From a virus, in the IMG/VR virus record IMGVR_UViG_3300010162_000011: 64,000 nt of DNA; one strand, given 5' to 3'. Numbering within the stretch: the stretch's first letter is position 1; each line of letters opens with the position of its first letter. The notes under the pieces are model-generated. The model was not told the DNA's origin. It made no database searches and worked only from the letters and a program-made list of their open reading frames with translations. The position numbers were made by a program, and so were the translations under genes. Shown piece after piece: positions 46,107 through 58,045 of this stretch.

Positions 46107-47132
46107 ATGTTAATTAAAAAATTTAAGAAAATGATTAAGAAAATTTTGGTTTTGGTAGCGTTGTTAATGGCGGTGACTCTGTTTACGAGTTGTGAGAAGT
46201 TTTGGGATAACCATGAGATGACAGAGGAAGATAAGTATAATATGTTGACCGCAAACGTATCTTTCGACTATTTTATGGCAAGAGGGTTTAATTTACAATT
46301 TGTGGGTGTGTTAGGTGTTGTTGAAGACATTGCTACCGATGAGGCAACATATCAATTTATTACTGATGTGTCCTTGAATATTGATGAGGTTTTTATTGTT
46401 AATAGTAAAGATGTTATTACAATAGGTGATAATAAAACTGTTGATGAAAACAATAATAGTGTGAAAGGTAGTTACAATCCAGTTTTTGTAAACTGCAATA
46501 GAAACCACATTAGAATAGATTTTGTTCAACAGACTATTATGGGTGGTATTAATCATGTTCGTGGAGAAGGGGGTAAATTTTTAGGTGGTGGATTTGGGGA
46601 TATTACAGGTACAATGTATTTTGTAAGTGATAAAGAAAAACATGTTTTTGAATTTAAAATAGTAGAGGGTATGTTGATTGCTAGCGCACCCGCTAAATAT
46701 ATAATGGGTAGTGGTTATGCTACTATGCCACTTAAAGGTTCTGAAGTTGAACGAATCATTGAAAATGGTGTTGAGGGTGTCGACTATGAATTATTTACCA
46801 GAAATAATAAAACATATGTTAGAATAAAAAATAATCTCTACGAAAGAAGATATAACAGTTGGGTTTATGCTGCTATTGCTGACCCATTTATGTTGTTTTC
46901 ATGGACTAGAACACAAACAAGTTTAATATTTAATATATTAGATTGGGATGTGATTACCGCTCCTTATAACCCATTTTCAGATAAAAATTATAGAATACCT
47001 GGTGAACAAAGAAATCATGTTTCTGTTAGAGGTAATACAGAAGGTAGTTACTATTATGCTGGTACTGAAAGGGTTGGTGGTAATAGAGTAGATTATTATG
47101 ATATTACTACACCTATGATTGGTTGTAAGTAA
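46107..47132 (+). CDS. lipoprotein
   Basis: Lipobox LFTSC after a basic/hydrophobic signal. Confidence 0.75.
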   Translation: MLIKKFKKMIKKILVLVALLMAVTLFTSCEKFWDNHEMTEEDKYNMLTANVSFDYFMARGFNLQFVGVLGVVEDIATDEATYQFITDVSLNIDEVFIVNSKDVITIGDNKTVDENNNSVKGSYNPVFVNCNRNHIRIDFVQQTIMGGINHVRGEGGKFLGGGFGDITGTMYFVSDKEKHVFEFKIVEGMLIASAPAKYIMGSGYATMPLKGSEVERIIENGVEGVDYELFTRNNKTYVRIKNNLYERRYNSWVYAAIADPFMLFSWTRTQTSLIFNILDWDVITAPYNPFSDKNYRIPGEQRNHVSVRGNTEGSYYYAGTERVGGNRVDYYDITTPMIGCK

Positions 47133-47149
47133 GAATATCTGAAAAAAAA

Positions 47150-47187
47150 TAAAAAATGTGTGGGCTAGTAGTCCACACATTTTTTTT
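47150..47187 (+). terminator. intrinsic terminator
   Basis: AAAAAATGTGTGG/CCACACATTTTTT. Confidence 0.75.
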
Positions 47188-47226
47188 ATTTTTAACTTTT
47201 CGATATTTATATAAAAATAAACGTGA

Positions 47227-50200
47227 ATGTCTTCATTATCTCTTAATATAATTTCCCCTTCTATTAGAAATAGGATTTTATCATTTAAAATAAATGAAAA
47301 TTATGATACAGGTGAAAACCCAATTCTTTATAATTCTAATACACCTCTTGACGAATTACCTAAAAAAGAGGAATATAATAAAGTATTAAAAGAATATTTT
47401 GAATATGATCCTGTGCTAACACATGATTTAGAATATTTTTCTAAAATTGATAAACACGCAAAATTTGATATTGGTGATGGATATATGCGTGAAGTACATA
47501 GAGATAGGTATGGAAATCAGTGGGATCAAAGAAAAAACGCTCGTGATGAAAGAAGACCTGATATATATTTTCAAACTGATCAACCTTCTCTCGCATTAAG
47601 AGATCTATGGGGTCAAACCGGAAATAGTCCATACCGGGCAAGACAGGGCGATGGTATTAATGGGTATATTGAATACACAAACCACATATTAGGTAAAAGT
47701 ACACCAACTGGAATTGAAGGTCCCACAACCAACAGTTCTGCCGGATATAACATATTAGCAGCAATTGTTCGGGGTGATGGTGTTGGTTTAGCATTAAATC
47801 CAAATGATCATGGAATAAGAGTTGTAACTGATTTGGATTTAAAACAAACATTGGGTGGTAGGATTTACTCACAGATGAGTGGTCAAGAAACCCCATTAGG
47901 ACGTTTCGGTTTGAAAGCAGCAGCGGTTTCCCTAGCAAACCAGATGATGGCAAAAACCGGTCAATTTGTATCTGGGGTAGTTAAAGAAAGTGGTAGATGG
48001 ATCGCCAGCAATACAATTGGAAGATTATTTGGAGGAGATGGTTCTGATTTTGACTTGAACGCATTTGGGTCATCACGTATTACAAATCCACCTGGTATTA
48101 TGGATGATATTCTGAATGCCACTGGATTGAATCGTGGGTTAAACGCTGTTGCCGGCGGTTTAGGTTTTGATTTCCTATTGGATAATAATAACTGGACGCA
48201 AACCGCAACTTCATTGAATGACGGAAAATATGTTAATATTGACTCTGATTTGTTGGCGGATACGTTGGGTAGTGATCAACCGGATTTTGACGCGTTTATT
48301 AATCCACAGGGAAAAGCGGGTAGAGCGTTTGAAGATTTTGAAGATGGTAAAGAAAAGAAGGGGTTTTTCAAAAGATTATTTAGTAATAAAGAGTCAAAAA
48401 AGCGTGAAACAGTAAACGAGTGGGAGTTCAGGAGATTACAACAAGATATGCTTGTTCAGTGGACTGGGGCGATGAACGCAAAAATGATACATACTCTCCT
48501 TAATTTGAATAAATATTCCCCTGGATATACTGATAAAAATAGTAAGAGAGCAAATAGACGTGGGGTACCATTAGAGAAAAAAGGTTATGATTCCTTGTTT
48601 CCTAATAATAAGTATATTAATACAGATCCATTAAAAGGATTACCAACAGTTGCTGAATACAAACAGAATGAAGTTGATGAAGCATCTATTTCTAATATTA
48701 GAAATATTGTATACAAATATAATACGATAACATGGGGAGAACCTAATGTTTCAATTGATATTGAGGAAGATGAAGAGCGCGGTTTTTTTGAGAGGTTGCG
48801 ATATAATCGTCAACAGCGACAAATAAATAGAACGACTAGGCGGACTGAACGACATGATAGTAAACAACCAATAAGGGATAAAAAGGCAGAAAGTAAGGAA
48901 ACTGGGAATAAATATTCATTAAAAGAAAGGTGGCAAGATAGAAGGGAAGCACGTCGTTTAAGAAATGAAGAATCCCCCCCTGAAACACTAAAAGGTGATT
49001 TTTTTGATACAAGGTATAATACAGTTAAATTAATAAAAAATTTAAATGAAACCAATACGTTATTGGGAAAAACCTCCGCATTGTTTGCTGCAAATAAAAT
49101 TGGGACAATGGTTAGTAGATTCCATAAAGTTGAGAGTCCTTCTTTTATTCAATCTGCTGTTCATCCAAAACATGGTATGTCAAAGGGTAGAATGTTAGCA
49201 AATAAACATTTTGTTAAAGAAAAGATGATAACGAAGGGTGGGTATACTGACCCATGGTGTAGAGTATGGACAGCAGAAGTTCAACACCGAACTTTGTTAA
49301 ATGCAATAAGACCGTTTGTAAATCCTGAAACAGATAAAAATGACCCTGGTAACATAGGTAAAATTATGACTATGAAGGAACTTCATGGTAGAATTGGATT
49401 TATTCGCCCATATTTAGATGAATTTGCTGAATTTACCTCGTTACAGAATAATGGTTTACCTAAAATCGCTCCATATAGAGAAGATTTTGATAAGTATGAA
49501 TATAACGATAAAAACAGATACAAATATAATAGAAAATATATGTTTTCTATAGAAAACTTGGCGTGGAAGGGTTTGGAATTAGAGAGACTTTTATGTCCAT
49601 CACAAATTGGTCCAAATGGTGGGAGAATTTATTGGTTTTCACCGTTGAATTTGACTTTTAATGAAATTTCAAACAATAATATTCAAGAAGTTTCTGTTAT
49701 TGGTAGGGGTGAACCAATGTATTCTTTTAGGGGTAACACATCCAGAACAGGTGATTTATCTTTTTCTATGATTGTAGATCATTCTTCATTTCATGAATAT
49801 ATGGAAGGTAGAAAGGATGAAAAAAACCAGAATATGGGGGAAGAAGAATTTTATCAATCAGTTTTAAGATTTGATGCCGGCTGTGATATACCACAGGTTA
49901 TTACTCCAAAAAATAAAGACTGTATACGAATAATAACCGGCGAAGATAAAAAAGAGGTGATAGGGTTAACGGATATTTTAGTAGATGATAAAATTGAAAC
50001 AGTTAAATCAGAAGAAATTAATTTAGTAACAGTTTATTATCCAAATGATTTTTCTGGTGTTAATTGGCATAATTTTAGTGAACAAGGTGAAGTAAAAATA
50101 CGTGTTTTGGAAAGTATGAAATATAATAACCATGGACATCATATAATGTCTTATTTATATGCTGGTGGCGGTTCAGATGCTACTGGTAAGAAACCTCATA

Positions 50201-51948
50201 AAACAGGGATTGATAGCGATAGTATGAATTTTGGTTATGAAATGAAAAACGATTTTGGTACAAAAAATATATCTATTTCAGACAATCAGTTAAATAAAGT
50301 TACAAATGAAGGTTATACCATGATGTCATTTAGTAAAAATAAGCGTATAGATGGTATATCCAAAAGACAGCAAACAAAACCTAACACATATAAAACTGAA
50401 ACTGATTTTATTAGTGATTTTAATCTAAATATGCATGTAACAGATCAAATTGTACCTTATTATGAAAAAACTTATAATAGTAATAGTAAACTAATTCCAA
50501 GAGAAAGAAATGAGGTTTTACCAAGAACACGATATACTCATTTTATGAGCAATTGGGATATAGCAAACTTTGAATTAAATTCTAAAAAAAGAGATCCTGA
50601 TAAATTTTCATTTGGTAGTTTTTACGAATTGTGTACGGATAAAACTGATGGTCGTCATAAGGACCAGCTTATTGAAGGATATGAAACAAAAGAAGAACTA
50701 ATAGAATTATTTAATAGTGCAGAAAGAATTGAAGTACTTGGTAATGCTAGTAAGGATGGTACAACTAGGGATAATAAACTGTTAGGTAAATATAGGGCGA
50801 TTTCGTTAGCGTTATTTATCATTGAAAAACTACCAGGTATAAAATTACATGATGAACCTGATAATAATTATATAGCACCTAAATGGATAATAAAAGACGA
50901 GGTGTTAAAGGAGGAATCAGATAATGAGTTGGGGTATCCTTCCATTGAGGAATCTAAATATTTTAGACATGCACATGTAAGAATATTTAAAAAAGTTTCT
51001 TCTATTGAAGAAGTACAAAAAAAAGTTGGTGATGAAGAAACGAGTGTGAAAAATAATATAACCCAACATAGTTTCTATAACTTAACAGCAAAAAATACTA
51101 GGTATGATGAAGAAATGGATTTTTATAAATATGTTAAAAAAAATGATGATTTAACTTGGACAAAAATTAGGGATAGATATAATAAATATATTCCCGCTTT
51201 ATGGTCATGTACCCCTGAGGGGTTTAATGCTCGTTTAACATTTTTACAACAATGTTTGAGAAGTGGTCCAACTAACGTTGCTGGTGAAAATGTTAGGGGT
51301 GTTGTTAATATAGCAAATTTAGCGTTTGGGAGACCACCTGTTTGTATATTAAGAATAGGGGATTTTATTCAATCGAAAGTTTTTATTGAAAATGTTAATT
51401 TTGATTATAAATGTGAAAGTGGTGGTATTCAATGGGATTTAAACCCTGAAGGGATTGGTATTCAACCTATGCAAGTAAAAGTTACTATTAAACTTAAATT
51501 TATGGGCGGTCAAGATATAACCGGAGCAATTGCAAGATTACAAAATGCGGTATCCTTCAACTATTATGCCAATACTAGTGTATATGATGATAGATCAGAT
51601 GGTAATAAACCAAATGGGGAAACGGGTGATATTGAAATAGATATGACACGTCAAAGGGGAATGGTATATTCGGGTGGGTTTAGAGATACGTTTACATCTG
51701 AAAATAAAGATGTGACTAAAATAATAAACGGTGAACGAATTAGTACAAAAAGAGATTATTCAACAAATATTCTTTATATGGATGAAATAAAAGAAAATGA
51801 TGGAGAATTAAAAAAAATGAATGAAGGTATTTCTGGATTGTTTGATCCATATACATATTACAATGGTAATATGTACCTGGATAAAAAAATCTGCCCTAAA
51901 GACGATAGTGTAGAATATATTATCCCTTTTGGGGTAATAGAAGAATAA
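47227..51948 (+). CDS. giant virion protein, baseplate/tail-tube-initiator-like, with OmpA-like insert
   Basis: GRGEP.Y...RTG.LSF...VDH and PPVCILRIGDF...WDLNPEGIG.QPM segments; IEVLGNAS......N..L...RA OmpA-like motif. Confidence 0.6.
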   Translation: MSSLSLNIISPSIRNRILSFKINENYDTGENPILYNSNTPLDELPKKEEYNKVLKEYFEYDPVLTHDLEYFSKIDKHAKFDIGDGYMREVHRDRYGNQWDQRKNARDERRPDIYFQTDQPSLALRDLWGQTGNSPYRARQGDGINGYIEYTNHILGKSTPTGIEGPTTNSSAGYNILAAIVRGDGVGLALNPNDHGIRVVTDLDLKQTLGGRIYSQMSGQETPLGRFGLKAAAVSLANQMMAKTGQFVSGVVKESGRWIASNTIGRLFGGDGSDFDLNAFGSSRITNPPGIMDDILNATGLNRGLNAVAGGLGFDFLLDNNNWTQTATSLNDGKYVNIDSDLLADTLGSDQPDFDAFINPQGKAGRAFEDFEDGKEKKGFFKRLFSNKESKKRETVNEWEFRRLQQDMLVQWTGAMNAKMIHTLLNLNKYSPGYTDKNSKRANRRGVPLEKKGYDSLFPNNKYINTDPLKGLPTVAEYKQNEVDEASISNIRNIVYKYNTITWGEPNVSIDIEEDEERGFFERLRYNRQQRQINRTTRRTERHDSKQPIRDKKAESKETGNKYSLKERWQDRREARRLRNEESPPETLKGDFFDTRYNTVKLIKNLNETNTLLGKTSALFAANKIGTMVSRFHKVESPSFIQSAVHPKHGMSKGRMLANKHFVKEKMITKGGYTDPWCRVWTAEVQHRTLLNAIRPFVNPETDKNDPGNIGKIMTMKELHGRIGFIRPYLDEFAEFTSLQNNGLPKIAPYREDFDKYEYNDKNRYKYNRKYMFSIENLAWKGLELERLLCPSQIGPNGGRIYWFSPLNLTFNEISNNNIQEVSVIGRGEPMYSFRGNTSRTGDLSFSMIVDHSSFHEYMEGRKDEKNQNMGEEEFYQSVLRFDAGCDIPQVITPKNKDCIRIITGEDKKEVIGLTDILVDDKIETVKSEEINLVTVYYPNDFSGVNWHNFSEQGEVKIRVLESMKYNNHGHHIMSYLYAGGGSDATGKKPHKTGIDSDSMNFGYEMKNDFGTKNISISDNQLNKVTNEGYTMMSFSKNKRIDGISKRQQTKPNTYKTETDFISDFNLNMHVTDQIVPYYEKTYNSNSKLIPRERNEVLPRTRYTHFMSNWDIANFELNSKKRDPDKFSFGSFYELCTDKTDGRHKDQLIEGYETKEELIELFNSAERIEVLGNASKDGTTRDNKLLGKYRAISLALFIIEKLPGIKLHDEPDNNYIAPKWIIKDEVLKEESDNELGYPSIEESKYFRHAHVRIFKKVSSIEEVQKKVGDEETSVKNNITQHSFYNLTAKNTRYDEEMDFYKYVKKNDDLTWTKIRDRYNKYIPALWSCTPEGFNARLTFLQQCLRSGPTNVAGENVRGVVNIANLAFGRPPVCILRIGDFIQSKVFIENVNFDYKCESGGIQWDLNPEGIGIQPMQVKVTIKLKFMGGQDITGAIARLQNAVSFNYYANTSVYDDRSDGNKPNGETGDIEIDMTRQRGMVYSGGFRDTFTSENKDVTKIINGERISTKRDYSTNILYMDEIKENDGELKKMNEGISGLFDPYTYYNGNMYLDKKICPKDDSVEYIIPFGVIEE

Positions 51949-51994
51949 AAATGATTTTCCGCCCTAATTAAAAAAAAAGATGTAAATTTGTAAT

Positions 51995-52312
51995 ATGAGT
52001 TTTAATAGATATTCACAAGTAAGTAAAGAAGGGGAAGTTGGATTTCCACCTGTTTCTAGATATATGCCGATGCCTTCTGATAAGGAAGAATTATGGAAGT
52101 TAAATCTATCACGAATGGATTTAATATCATTTAAATATTATAATGATGCAAATTATGATTGGTTGATATTGTGGGCAAATTATTTGTTACCAAAAATAGA
52201 ATTTGAAATACCAGACCATACTTATATTACAATACCATTTCCATTAGAAGATGCGTTGGCACAATATAAACAGGGGATTGAATCTCATAAACAATTATAT
52301 TTTATTGATTAG
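51995..52312 (+). CDS. baseplate wedge gp53/LysM-like protein
   Basis: RMDLISFKYYND..YDWLIL.AN...I.IP.P. Confidence 0.7.
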   Translation: MSFNRYSQVSKEGEVGFPPVSRYMPMPSDKEELWKLNLSRMDLISFKYYNDANYDWLILWANYLLPKIEFEIPDHTYITIPFPLEDALAQYKQGIESHKQLYFID

Positions 52313-52315
52313 GAT

Positions 52316-55300
52316 ATGGAAAAAAATGATAAAAAACCTCAAAATATAATAACAGTTTATGTTGATCCTAACACAGATTTGGATCTTTATGGTGATAAAC
52401 CGGATAAACCTTTTGTTCCGGGTGGTGGTGATAGTGGTAAATTAATAATACCACCAGAAGATTTATCAATATATGTTAATTTAATATGTGAACCAAGTAG
52501 TTTTAATAGGTTTAGTCAGAATGTATCAAATGAAAGACAATATATTCAGGTTTCAACCGAGATGCACAGACAATCAATACCAACCGGTAAAGAATATTCT
52601 AATGCTAGGGTAAGATATTTAACAACAGATTATCTTGATTATGGTTGGGATATGATAACAAATAAAAGCGGTAATGGACAACCAGAATCGTTGGGAATAG
52701 AAAGTATTGATATTAGTTATAGATCATGGATGCAACCAGAGGTTACTATAAATTTTGTTGATGTAATGGGGTTAGCAACATTTTCTCCTATGCAATCGGA
52801 AATGGATAGTGAAGATGAAGAAAAAAATGCTATTAGAAGTTTATTTAAGGCGTTATATTCTATGCCATATTCGAGTTTTACATTGACAGTAAAGGGATAT
52901 TTTGGTTCACCGGTAACGCATCGTTTGCAATGTTTTAATGTTACTTCTTCTATTGACACCTCTACAGGTAATGTTAAAATTACCGCTAAATTTGTTGGGT
53001 ATAAATGGGGTAAATATACTGATGTACTTGCTCATTGGGTTTTTGCTTCTCCAATTATAAGAGAACCAAAAAATATGGAAGTAGTTTGGAAAGAAAAACA
53101 AGAAAGTAAGAAATTTTATCTTGAAAGATCTGATGGTAGTAAAACTAATATTCCTACCATTATTGAAATGAAAGAAATAATCAATTCAAGTTTAAAAAAT
53201 ATAAAAGATATACCAAATGATTCCACAATAGCTAGAACCATACATGATATTCATCAAGTAAAAGAAGTACAAGATGAAATAGGTAAAATATTAAAAACTT
53301 TTAGAGAAAGTGTTGAATATTTTAATCTTTTTGAAATATTAGAAGATACTAATACCCCTTCACGGGATTTTTTTGAATTTAGTGGTTCCATACCACCAGA
53401 AAATATTGATCCGGAAGAAATGTTGAGTAGTAAATATCAAGATTATTATTTACTAACACCAAACCAACATATTATATGGAAGGTTAAAAATAAGTGGATA
53501 AAGAAAGATGAGGAATTTGTAAAAGCATGTGAAACATATAAAAAACAATTAGACCCCCATATAAGTGAATATTATACAGTATTAGAAACACTAAAACAAA
53601 ATGGTTGGGATGGTTTGAGATATAATAATTCAGTATTTTCACTAAAATTTTATACATTTTATAGCGAAAATACACCAAAAGAAACACATGTTATTTTTGA
53701 TGTTAGTGGAATTGAAAGTATTATGAAAGATAATACTAATGTTATAAATAATGAATTACGCAAACGCGAAGCAGAAGTATTAAACACAATGTATCAATCG
53801 GCATTGAATATTACGAATCAAATGGAATTTGTTCCAACAATGCGTAATGTAATTAGATGGTTATTCGCACATTATATTCATTTTATGGATAGTTTTGTAT
53901 CAGTATCAACTATGGAAAGTGATGTTAGATATGGTAATGTTAAAAATAATAGAAATGAAGAAATAAGGGAAAAATTAAATCCATGGTTTGTTGTTAGAGA
54001 TCCTGATGAAAATGGTAGGTTTGTTGAAGATTGGCCGTGGATGAGTGAATATGAAAACTTGCCGGAAGTTAAATATACCTCCGCTTTTATTGATGCTATA
54101 AATGATATAAAAGAAACGTTATCCACATCAATAGAAGAAGGCAAAGAAATAGAAGATGGTATAAATATTGATTTTGGACCTGAACCAGAAAAATGGTATA
54201 CTATTTTTCCTTATGATATTTCTTGTAATTTGTTAGATTCTGGAATAGACAATGTAAACCCATATAAAAGTATATTAAATAAGGGTCATAGAAGTGTTAT
54301 TGAGGGAATTTCTAATATTGGTATTTTAATAATTATGAGAATGTTTGCTTCAATTGGTACTAGAGATGTGGATATTATAAATTTGAAAAAATCCGCAGAT
54401 TTAGATGCTAGAAATATTTATGGAGAAATAAAAAAACACTCTAAAATATGTGAATATTTGAAAGAATATTTGAAAAATAATGATTTTAAAAATCTTTTAT
54501 TCACATTAATCAATCCTGATGTAGACTGGGGAAGCGGAAATAAAAAAACCGATTTGTTATATGTTATGGTTGATAATACAATGAAATTAACCGATGGGTA
54601 TGATACTTTTAAATTAGCATTTGAAAAAAATGGGGGGAATGATTTTAGTTGGTGTTTTTCCGGTGTAACAATTTCAAATAATTATTCTATGCCAACCCCC
54701 CCTTATGGTCATATGACAACATATACTGCGAATAGATTGTTTTATATATTACCATTGACCGCATTTACATTGAACGAAATGAGGATAAAAATTGTTGAAA
54801 GAAATAGAAGTAATAGATTATGGGAACCACAATATCTTCAACTACTATCAAGTGATATAGAATCTTTTAGTAGAATAGGCGATTCTATTGATATGGAAAT
54901 AATTAAAACTTCATATAATATTGTTGATTTAACTAATATAACTGATAATAATTTTCAAGAATTATATGGTCGTTTAGAATCGCCTAATTTTTGGTATAAT
55001 GTTAGTGGTGAAAGTACAGAAACAATTTATAAAAGTTGTTCAATGGATTTGAAATACATTATTAACGGTAATAATTTGGATAAACATTCTATTATAAATA
55101 TTTCTGGTGATACGTTAAGAAGGGTTCTAATTAGAAAGGATATTAAAAATATGAATAGTGAAGAGTTTATTAATACACTTTTAAACAACGAACTTTTAAC
55201 ACCTGAAGAACAAATAGAGGGACCAATGCCATTTCAACCAACAGAAGGGTTTTCATATCAAAATGTAAATCACACACGTTTTATAGAAAAAGAAGATTGT

Positions 55301-58045
55301 ATATTAATACCTGAATTTGTAAACAAGTTAAGAAGCGGAGAAACTATTTGTATAGCAATACCACGTATAAATAATAGACCAATATCATTGTTTGCGGAAC
55401 CAGGTTATCATAAAATTGATACTACTAAACTATCGGAAGAAATAAAATATTATTATAAGTCGTTTCTATTATTAAATTCACTTGGTATTAGTAGGGTAAA
55501 ACTTGATGAATTTGTCGGTAGTAATCATTTTATTAGTTGGGGTGTTAAGAGAATACCACAATATATTGTATTAGTTATTGGTTCTATTTTATGGTTAACA
55601 AAAGCAGAAGAAACAAAAAAACTTTTTGAAGAAAATGATATTTTATTAGATTTATTTTTTAAGATTGGAGAACGTTCTGATATACCAGGTATCCCTAAAA
55701 GTCAGTCTATTATAAACAATATAACTAATTTATCAAAAGATGTTAAGATGGTATATCTTGATTATTTTAAGAATTGGGTAAATAAAGAAAATAATGGTGG
55801 TAAAGAAATAATAAAAAAATTAGAAGGTGGTGGTAATAATACATATAATAAGGGACTTGAATTGATATATGGTGGTGTAACACCTCCACCGATAAAAAAG
55901 GCTCAAATGAATTATTCATCAATGTCCGCAGGAACTGTTCAAACAACCAGATATAAAACCATACAACAACCACCAAGCGAAACACATGTGTTAGAACAAC
56001 TGTTTTTAGATCCTACAAACGAAACGGTAAAAGAATTAATGAATATATTTAGGAATGATGTATTAATATTTAATTCTAGGCGGGGTATATTAAATGATAG
56101 AGATTATGAAATTAAAACAACAAAAACTAATATTACTAGTTATATTGATACTTTAACTTCAAAATTAAGAGATTTATTGGGTGGAGAAGATGTTGTTATA
56201 GAATCAGCACTAGATAATACTGCCACTACTGGTAATAAAATATTAATGAAAGAACCGTATAAAGCATTCAAAATGTTATATGAAAAGTGGTTTGTCGGTA
56301 TAAACTTAGAAGATGATGAAAGAAATTTAGATTCAATAATGAATAAAATTATGATTGTAGATCAATATTATTCTGATATTGGGGATGAATTACTTGTTGA
56401 TTTGAATGTTATTAATAATATGTTGAACACATTATTAGATAAACCTGATTTAACATTTTTATCAATTTTATCGAATATAGTTAGTAATAGTGATTGTTTA
56501 TTATTACCTATGCCAACACTAGGGTTCTTTTCCGGAAAAGAATATAAAACTGAAAAAGATTTTCTGAATTATTTATTCAGACCACAAGTATATGGTGAAA
56601 TTGGGGTTAGAGATGAAGATTTTGGTGTAGTCATAATGAGAATACCAAAATCATCTGAAAGACCAACGGATGAAAATGATGAAGAAGATACAACATTAAT
56701 GTTATCATATACTGAACCAATGAAAATACTGAATAATAATAAAGAACTTTTTGGTATTAGTAATGATGACAATTTAGAACCTATAAATCTTCGGGCGTTT
56801 GGTGTTTCATTCGGAAGACATAATGAATCGTTTTTTTCAATTAAAAATTTAAGTACAGAAAAACCAACTACTACTGCACAGACTATTAGAGCTCAAATTA
56901 ATCTTATTGAGCAGAATAGTGAACATACTAGATCAAGAACATATATCGGTGAAAATTTATATTCTGTTTACTCCCAAAATGCGTATAAAGTAGATGTTGA
57001 GGTAAATGGTGGTTCAGCCCCGATTTTCCCACTTATGTATTTTCAATTAAACAACACATATCTTTTCACAGGTGGTTATATTATTATTAGGGTAACACAT
57101 AACATAAAAGATAATTTTATGATTACCAAATTTGAGGGTATTAAACAAAGTTTTTATAGAGAACCAATGGTAAAAACGCCAATGATTACTTATATAATAA
57201 ACACTTTAAACTCAAATAATAAACTAAATTTAAAAGAACAGTACGTTGTTCATAGTAGTAAAAATTGGGTAACTGAACGTCCTAAAGGTGATCCTCCAGA
57301 TAAAATAGGGAATGGTATAACGTATAAAATTACAAAGGTTGTTGTATCACCTGGGCATGTTCAAACCACTATTGGAAAACGTTCTCCTATGCTAACCGAT
57401 GCTGAAACAACATCATTTTTTACTGGATTGGGGGATAGATATAGGAAAATATACAATGAATGTTTCGCCGAAGGAGAATCAAATACACCAAATCAGTTTA
57501 GAGAGTTTGCATACAATCGCTTAATATCAAAATTAATAGTAATGCACTTTAATAATGGTGATGTGGTTTCAAGTAATAACAGTAATACAGGTGTATTATA
57601 TTTTGATAACGGAAATAGTGGTCGTCAAGCACATGTAAATAAAAAATCTGAATCTTCTAATCATAGAGATACATTGCATGTAATAGTACATAATGATGCA
57701 TTAGGAAGCGGGAGTGAGTGGGTTCGTGGTAATGGTTGGAACATATTTGTTAGAATAGGACAACCAAGTCAAAGTCTTATCTATGGCGATGTGTTTTTAG
57801 GTTATGCTTTAAATTTATTAGGTAATCCAACTGGTTCACAACCTCGTGTTCACACAGCACACCCTCGTCAAGGTATGGGGGATAAAGACTTTGTGGAATT
57901 AAAAGATAGTAAGTGTCCGGCAGTTTTAACCGAAAACTTATTTTATACTAATAAAGAAGATTTGAAGTTTCTACTTACAAAAGAAGGCGTTGATAAAATA
58001 GTTGCAATACATGTAAATGCTATACGAGATATTATGGCAATGTAA
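52316..58045 (+). CDS. baseplate hub-like protein with C-terminal N-acetylmuramoyl-L-alanine amidase (Amidase_3)
   Basis: VVSPGH, RE..YN, VIVHNDA, PAVLTENLFYTN..D Zn-amidase motifs; position after gp53-like gene. Confidence 0.75.
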   Translation: MEKNDKKPQNIITVYVDPNTDLDLYGDKPDKPFVPGGGDSGKLIIPPEDLSIYVNLICEPSSFNRFSQNVSNERQYIQVSTEMHRQSIPTGKEYSNARVRYLTTDYLDYGWDMITNKSGNGQPESLGIESIDISYRSWMQPEVTINFVDVMGLATFSPMQSEMDSEDEEKNAIRSLFKALYSMPYSSFTLTVKGYFGSPVTHRLQCFNVTSSIDTSTGNVKITAKFVGYKWGKYTDVLAHWVFASPIIREPKNMEVVWKEKQESKKFYLERSDGSKTNIPTIIEMKEIINSSLKNIKDIPNDSTIARTIHDIHQVKEVQDEIGKILKTFRESVEYFNLFEILEDTNTPSRDFFEFSGSIPPENIDPEEMLSSKYQDYYLLTPNQHIIWKVKNKWIKKDEEFVKACETYKKQLDPHISEYYTVLETLKQNGWDGLRYNNSVFSLKFYTFYSENTPKETHVIFDVSGIESIMKDNTNVINNELRKREAEVLNTMYQSALNITNQMEFVPTMRNVIRWLFAHYIHFMDSFVSVSTMESDVRYGNVKNNRNEEIREKLNPWFVVRDPDENGRFVEDWPWMSEYENLPEVKYTSAFIDAINDIKETLSTSIEEGKEIEDGINIDFGPEPEKWYTIFPYDISCNLLDSGIDNVNPYKSILNKGHRSVIEGISNIGILIIMRMFASIGTRDVDIINLKKSADLDARNIYGEIKKHSKICEYLKEYLKNNDFKNLLFTLINPDVDWGSGNKKTDLLYVMVDNTMKLTDGYDTFKLAFEKNGGNDFSWCFSGVTISNNYSMPTPPYGHMTTYTANRLFYILPLTAFTLNEMRIKIVERNRSNRLWEPQYLQLLSSDIESFSRIGDSIDMEIIKTSYNIVDLTNITDNNFQELYGRLESPNFWYNVSGESTETIYKSCSMDLKYIINGNNLDKHSIINISGDTLRRVLIRKDIKNMNSEEFINTLLNNELLTPEEQIEGPMPFQPTEGFSYQNVNHTRFIEKEDCILIPEFVNKLRSGETICIAIPRINNRPISLFAEPGYHKIDTTKLSEEIKYYYKSFLLLNSLGISRVKLDEFVGSNHFISWGVKRIPQYIVLVIGSILWLTKAEETKKLFEENDILLDLFFKIGERSDIPGIPKSQSIINNITNLSKDVKMVYLDYFKNWVNKENNGGKEIIKKLEGGGNNTYNKGLELIYGGVTPPPIKKAQMNYSSMSAGTVQTTRYKTIQQPPSETHVLEQLFLDPTNETVKELMNIFRNDVLIFNSRRGILNDRDYEIKTTKTNITSYIDTLTSKLRDLLGGEDVVIESALDNTATTGNKILMKEPYKAFKMLYEKWFVGINLEDDERNLDSIMNKIMIVDQYYSDIGDELLVDLNVINNMLNTLLDKPDLTFLSILSNIVSNSDCLLLPMPTLGFFSGKEYKTEKDFLNYLFRPQVYGEIGVRDEDFGVVIMRIPKSSERPTDENDEEDTTLMLSYTEPMKILNNNKELFGISNDDNLEPINLRAFGVSFGRHNESFFSIKNLSTEKPTTTAQTIRAQINLIEQNSEHTRSRTYIGENLYSVYSQNAYKVDVEVNGGSAPIFPLMYFQLNNTYLFTGGYIIIRVTHNIKDNFMITKFEGIKQSFYREPMVKTPMITYIINTLNSNNKLNLKEQYVVHSSKNWVTERPKGDPPDKIGNGITYKITKVVVSPGHVQTTIGKRSPMLTDAETTSFFTGLGDRYRKIYNECFAEGESNTPNQFREFAYNRLISKLIVMHFNNGDVVSSNNSNTGVLYFDNGNSGRQAHVNKKSESSNHRDTLHVIVHNDALGSGSEWVRGNGWNIFVRIGQPSQSLIYGDVFLGYALNLLGNPTGSQPRVHTAHPRQGMGDKDFVELKDSKCPAVLTENLFYTNKEDLKFLLTKEGVDKIVAIHVNAIRDIMAM

